From positions 572 to 64,571 of the forward strand of contig JBGOSW010000001.1 in assembly GCA_041476145.1 (NCBI GenBank): DNA of 64,000 bases. The letters run 5' to 3'. Under the pieces are notes generated by a model. It saw only the letters and a list, made by a program, of their open reading frames with translations. It was not told the origin of the DNA and did not search any database. Each line of letters opens with the position of its first letter. The stretch's first letter is position 1. The position numbers were made by a program, and so were the translations under genes. The stretch is from Candidatus Binatia bacterium. Lineage in GTDB: Bacteria; Desulfobacterota; Binatia; UTPRO1. Shown piece after piece: positions 61,116-64,000 of the stretch.

Positions 61116-62741
61116 ATGCTGCTCAGCACGATGCAGGACCACCCGCTCACCATCACCGACATCTTCCGCCACGGACGCACCGTGCACGCCCGGAGCGAGG
61201 TCGTGACCTCGGAGGGCGCGCACGCGCGCCGCGCCCGCTTCGGCGTCGTCGCCGAACGCGCCATGCGTCTCGCCGCCGCGCTCCACCGCCTCGGCATCCG
61301 CGCCGGCGATCGCGTCGCCACGTTCGGGTGGAACACGCAGGAACACCTCGAGGCGTACTTCGCCGTCCCTTGCATGGGCGCGGTCCTCCACACGCTCAAC
61401 ATCCGCCTCTTCCCCGAGCAGCTCGCCTACGTCGCCAATCACGCCGAAGACCGCGTCATCCTCGTCGACGACTCGACGGTGCCGCTCCTCGCCGCCGTGC
61501 GCGAGAAGTTGCGCACCGTCGAACACGTCGTCGTGATCGGCGACGGCGACGCGGCGGCGCTCGGGCCGAACGTGCTGCGCTACGAGGAGCTGCTCGCGGC
61601 GGAGCGTTCCGAGTACGCGTGGCCGACGCTCGACGAGCGCGCCGCGGCGGCGATGTGCTACACGAGCGGCACCACCGGCAACCCGAAGGGCGTCGTCTAC
61701 AGCCATCGCTCGACGTATCTGCACTCGCTCGCGATCTGTTCGGGCGCTGCGTACGCGCTCGCCGAGCGCGACCGCATCCTCTTGATCGTACCGATGTTCC
61801 ACGCCAACGCCTGGGGCCTGCCGTACGCCGCCTGGATGGTCGGCGCCGATCTCGTCCTCCCCGGGCGTCACCTCCAGGCGGCGCCGCTCGCGCGCCTGAT
61901 CAGCGAAGAGCGCCCGACCATCTCGGGTGCCGTGCCGACGATCTGGAACGACCTGCTGCGCTACGCGGAGACGGCGGCGGTCGACTTCTCCTCGCTCCGT
62001 CTCGTCGTGTGCGGCGGCTCGGCGGTGCCACGCACGCTGATGGAGCGCTTCCAGGAGCGCCACGGCGTCCGCATCGTGCAGGCGTGGGGGATGACGGAGA
62101 CGAGCCCCTTCGCGACGATCGCGTTCGCGCCGAAGGACAGCCCCACGGACGACGAGATGCGCTGGCGCGCCAAGACCGGGCGCGCGATCGCCGGCGTCGA
62201 GCTGCGGATCGTCGACGCCGCCGGTCAGCCGATCGCGTGGGACGGCGCGACCGCGGGCGAGATCGAGGTGCGCGGCGCGTGGATCACCGCCGCGTACTAT
62301 CGCGATCCGGCGCCCGAGAAATTCGACGACGGCTGGCTGCGTACCGGCGACGTCGGCACCATCGACGCGCACGGCTTCGTACAGATCACCGATCGCGCCA
62401 AGGACGTCATCAAGTCGGGCGGCGAGTGGATCTCGTCGGTCGAGCTCGAGAACGAGATCATGGCGCATCCCGCCGTCGTCGAGGCCGCCGTCGTCGGCAT
62501 CCCCGACGAGCGCTGGCAGGAGCGGCCGCTCGCCTGCGTCGTCGTCAAGGCCGGCGCCGCGGTGACACCCGACGCGCTGCGGGCGTTTCTCGCCGAGCGC
62601 GTCGCGCGCTGGTGGCTGCCGGAGCGCTGGAGCTTCATCGCCGAAGTGCCGAAGACGAGCGTCGGCAAGTTCGACAAGAAGGTGCTGCGCGCGCGCTACG
62701 CCGAGGGTGCGCTCACGGTGGTCGAGACCGCGGGGTCATGA
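61116..62741 (+). CDS. medium/long-chain fatty-acid--CoA ligase (AMP-binding family)
   Basis: The 541-aa product has the AMP-binding motif [14 protein letters not shown] and the C-terminal [19 protein letters not shown] Shine-Dalgarno lies upstream. Confidence 0.9.
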   Translation: MLLSTMQDHPLTITDIFRHGRTVHARSEVVTSEGAHARRARFGVVAERAMRLAAALHRLGIRAGDRVATFGWNTQEHLEAYFAVPCMGAVLHTLNIRLFPEQLAYVANHAEDRVILVDDSTVPLLAAVREKLRTVEHVVVIGDGDAAALGPNVLRYEELLAAERSEYAWPTLDERAAAAMCYTSGTTGNPKGVVYSHRSTYLHSLAICSGAAYALAERDRILLIVPMFHANAWGLPYAAWMVGADLVLPGRHLQAAPLARLISEERPTISGAVPTIWNDLLRYAETAAVDFSSLRLVVCGGSAVPRTLMERFQERHGVRIVQAWGMTETSPFATIAFAPKDSPTDDEMRWRAKTGRAIAGVELRIVDAAGQPIAWDGATAGEIEVRGAWITAAYYRDPAPEKFDDGWLRTGDVGTIDAHGFVQITDRAKDVIKSGGEWISSVELENEIMAHPAVVEAAVVGIPDERWQERPLACVVVKAGAAVTPDALRAFLAERVARWWLPERWSFIAEVPKTSVGKFDKKVLRARYAEGALTVVETAGS

Positions 62742-62821
62742 GGCACGGCGTCGGCTTGCCAAGGTCCCCATCGGCGAGGCAAGAACGGGGGTCGGCCGGC
62801 CAGGCCGAGGAGGATACACGC

Positions 62822-64000
62822 ATGAGTGAACCCAAGGTGCAGCTCACGAGCGAGCAGGAATCCCGGCAGATCGCCGAGCAGGCCCGCGAGACGGTATGGG
62901 CCGGGCGGACCTTTCTCCGGGAGCTCTTCCTGGGGAACTTCCTCCTCCCCCTGATCCATCCCTTCCCGATGGAGGACGGCGAGCGGCCGGAGTTCACGCG
63001 CTTCTATCGGGACATGGAGACGTTCCTGCGCGAGAAGGTCGACAGCGTCGCCATCGATCAGACCGGCGAGTATCCCGAGCCAGTGATCGACGGCCTGCGC
63101 AAGCTCGGCGCCTTCGGCATGAAGATTCCGAAGGAGTACGGTGGGCTCGGCTTCACGGTGTCGGAGTACTGCAAGGTGATGCAGATGATCGGGAGCTCCG
63201 ACAACAACGTGAGCGCGCTCCTCTCGGCCCATCAATCGATCGGCGTCCCGCAGCCACTCAAGCTCTTCGGAACGCCGGAGCAGAAAAAGAAATACCTGCC
63301 GCGGTGCGCCGCCGGGGCGATCTCGGCGTTCGCGCTCACCGAGCCGCACGTGGGCTCCGATCCCGCGAGTCTCTCCACCACCGCGGAGCGCGACGGCGAC
63401 ATGTTCATCCTGAACGGCGAGAAGCTCTGGTGCACCGACGGCACGCTCGCCGAGCTGCTCGTGGTGATGGCGCGCGATCCGAAGACCAAGAAGATCAGCG
63501 CCTTCGTCGTCGAAACCGACTGGCCGGGCGTGAAGGTCGAATACCGATGCCACTTCATGGGGCTGAAGGCGCTTGCCAACGGCGTCATCAGCTTTCGGGA
63601 CGTGCGCGTGCCGCGCGAGAACCTGATCGGCGACGAAGGCAAGGGGCTGCGGATCGCCCTCACCACGCTCAACACGGGTCGTCTCACCCTGCCCGCCGTC
63701 TGTGCCGGGATTGCGAAGCAGTGCCTCAAGATCTGCCGCGGCTGGTCGAACGCGCGCTATCAGTGGGGCGTACCGATCTGGAAGCACGAGGCGATCGCCC
63801 ACGTCCTCGCCGACATGACGGCGACGACCTTCGCCATGGACTCGGTGTGGATGCTTGCCAGCCAGATGGCCGACCGCGGCGGCTACGACATCCGTCTCGA
63901 GGCCGCGGCGGCCAAGGAATGGAACACCGTCCGCGCCTGGGAGATCGTCGACAAGACGTTGCAGATTCGCGGCGGGCGCGGCTACGAGACCGAGGCCTCA
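62822..64000 (+). CDS. acyl-CoA dehydrogenase (3' end beyond window)
   Basis: This ORF is absent from the track because it has no stop in the window. My own translation from the ATG at 62822 gives MSEPKVQLTSEQESRQIAEQ..., then FALTEPHVGSDPASL, FILNGEKLWCTDG and QIRGGRGYETE, which are ACAD-family motifs. The track ORF 62696..63802(-) is its antisense shadow. Confidence 0.88.
   Translation, partial: MSEPKVQLTSEQESRQIAEQARETVWAGRTFLRELFLGNFLLPLIHPFPMEDGERPEFTRFYRDMETFLREKVDSVAIDQTGEYPEPVIDGLRKLGAFGMKIPKEYGGLGFTVSEYCKVMQMIGSSDNNVSALLSAHQSIGVPQPLKLFGTPEQKKKYLPRCAAGAISAFALTEPHVGSDPASLSTTAERDGDMFILNGEKLWCTDGTLAELLVVMARDPKTKKISAFVVETDWPGVKVEYRCHFMGLKALANGVISFRDVRVPRENLIGDEGKGLRIALTTLNTGRLTLPAVCAGIAKQCLKICRGWSNARYQWGVPIWKHEAIAHVLADMTATTFAMDSVWMLASQMADRGGYDIRLEAAAAKEWNTVRAWEIVDKTLQIRGGRGYETEAS

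Overview
This is a densely coding, very GC-rich (about 70% by eye, not computed) bacterial chromosomal segment with about 50 protein-coding genes. I recognised no rRNA, tRNA, CRISPR array, transposase or integrase. All family calls come from motif recognition in the supplied translations, not from database searches. Many long ORFs in the track are antisense shadow ORFs or N-terminal over-extensions typical of high-GC DNA. I trimmed starts where 1-4 nt start/stop overlaps (ATGA, GTGA, TGATG) or Shine-Dalgarno sites support an internal start. Housekeeping content: the Lhr helicase C-terminus, SodC, a HemQ-like protein, a MacAB-type ABC/HlyD exporter, a thiolase, an aldehyde dehydrogenase, FtsH, MetH, IlvD, a TrmJ-like methyltransferase and fatty-acid activation/oxidation genes. 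Alpha-glucan and glycolysis genes: glgP, glgX, treS, and two phosphofructokinase paralogues, one with ATP-type and one with PPi-type signatures. The most unusual region is a co-directional minus-strand block of 10 genes (29.4-42.7 kb) plus a divergent YfhO-like gene (to 45.1 kb). It contains a polyprenyl-phosphate-sugar-synthase-like GT2 facing a YfhO-like GT-C. It also has a WbpB/WbpE/WbpD-like 3-amination/N-acetylation triad. A visibly lower-GC cassette follows, with a membrane SGNH protein, a 78-aa winged-helix-like protein, a GT4::SGNH fusion and an ATP-grasp protein. metH comes next, followed by a TMTC/PMT-like GT-C with TPR repeats that starts directly at the metH stop. I read this as an uncharacterised extracytoplasmic glycan-decoration system. 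Other items worth follow-up are a secreted single-chain tandem retropepsin-like protease and a perfect 40-bp inverted repeat in a 428-bp gene-free gap. There is also a secreted sugar dehydrogenase carrying a Cys-rich repeat, and an exported PIG-L deacetylase coupled to an HGSNAT-like membrane protein.
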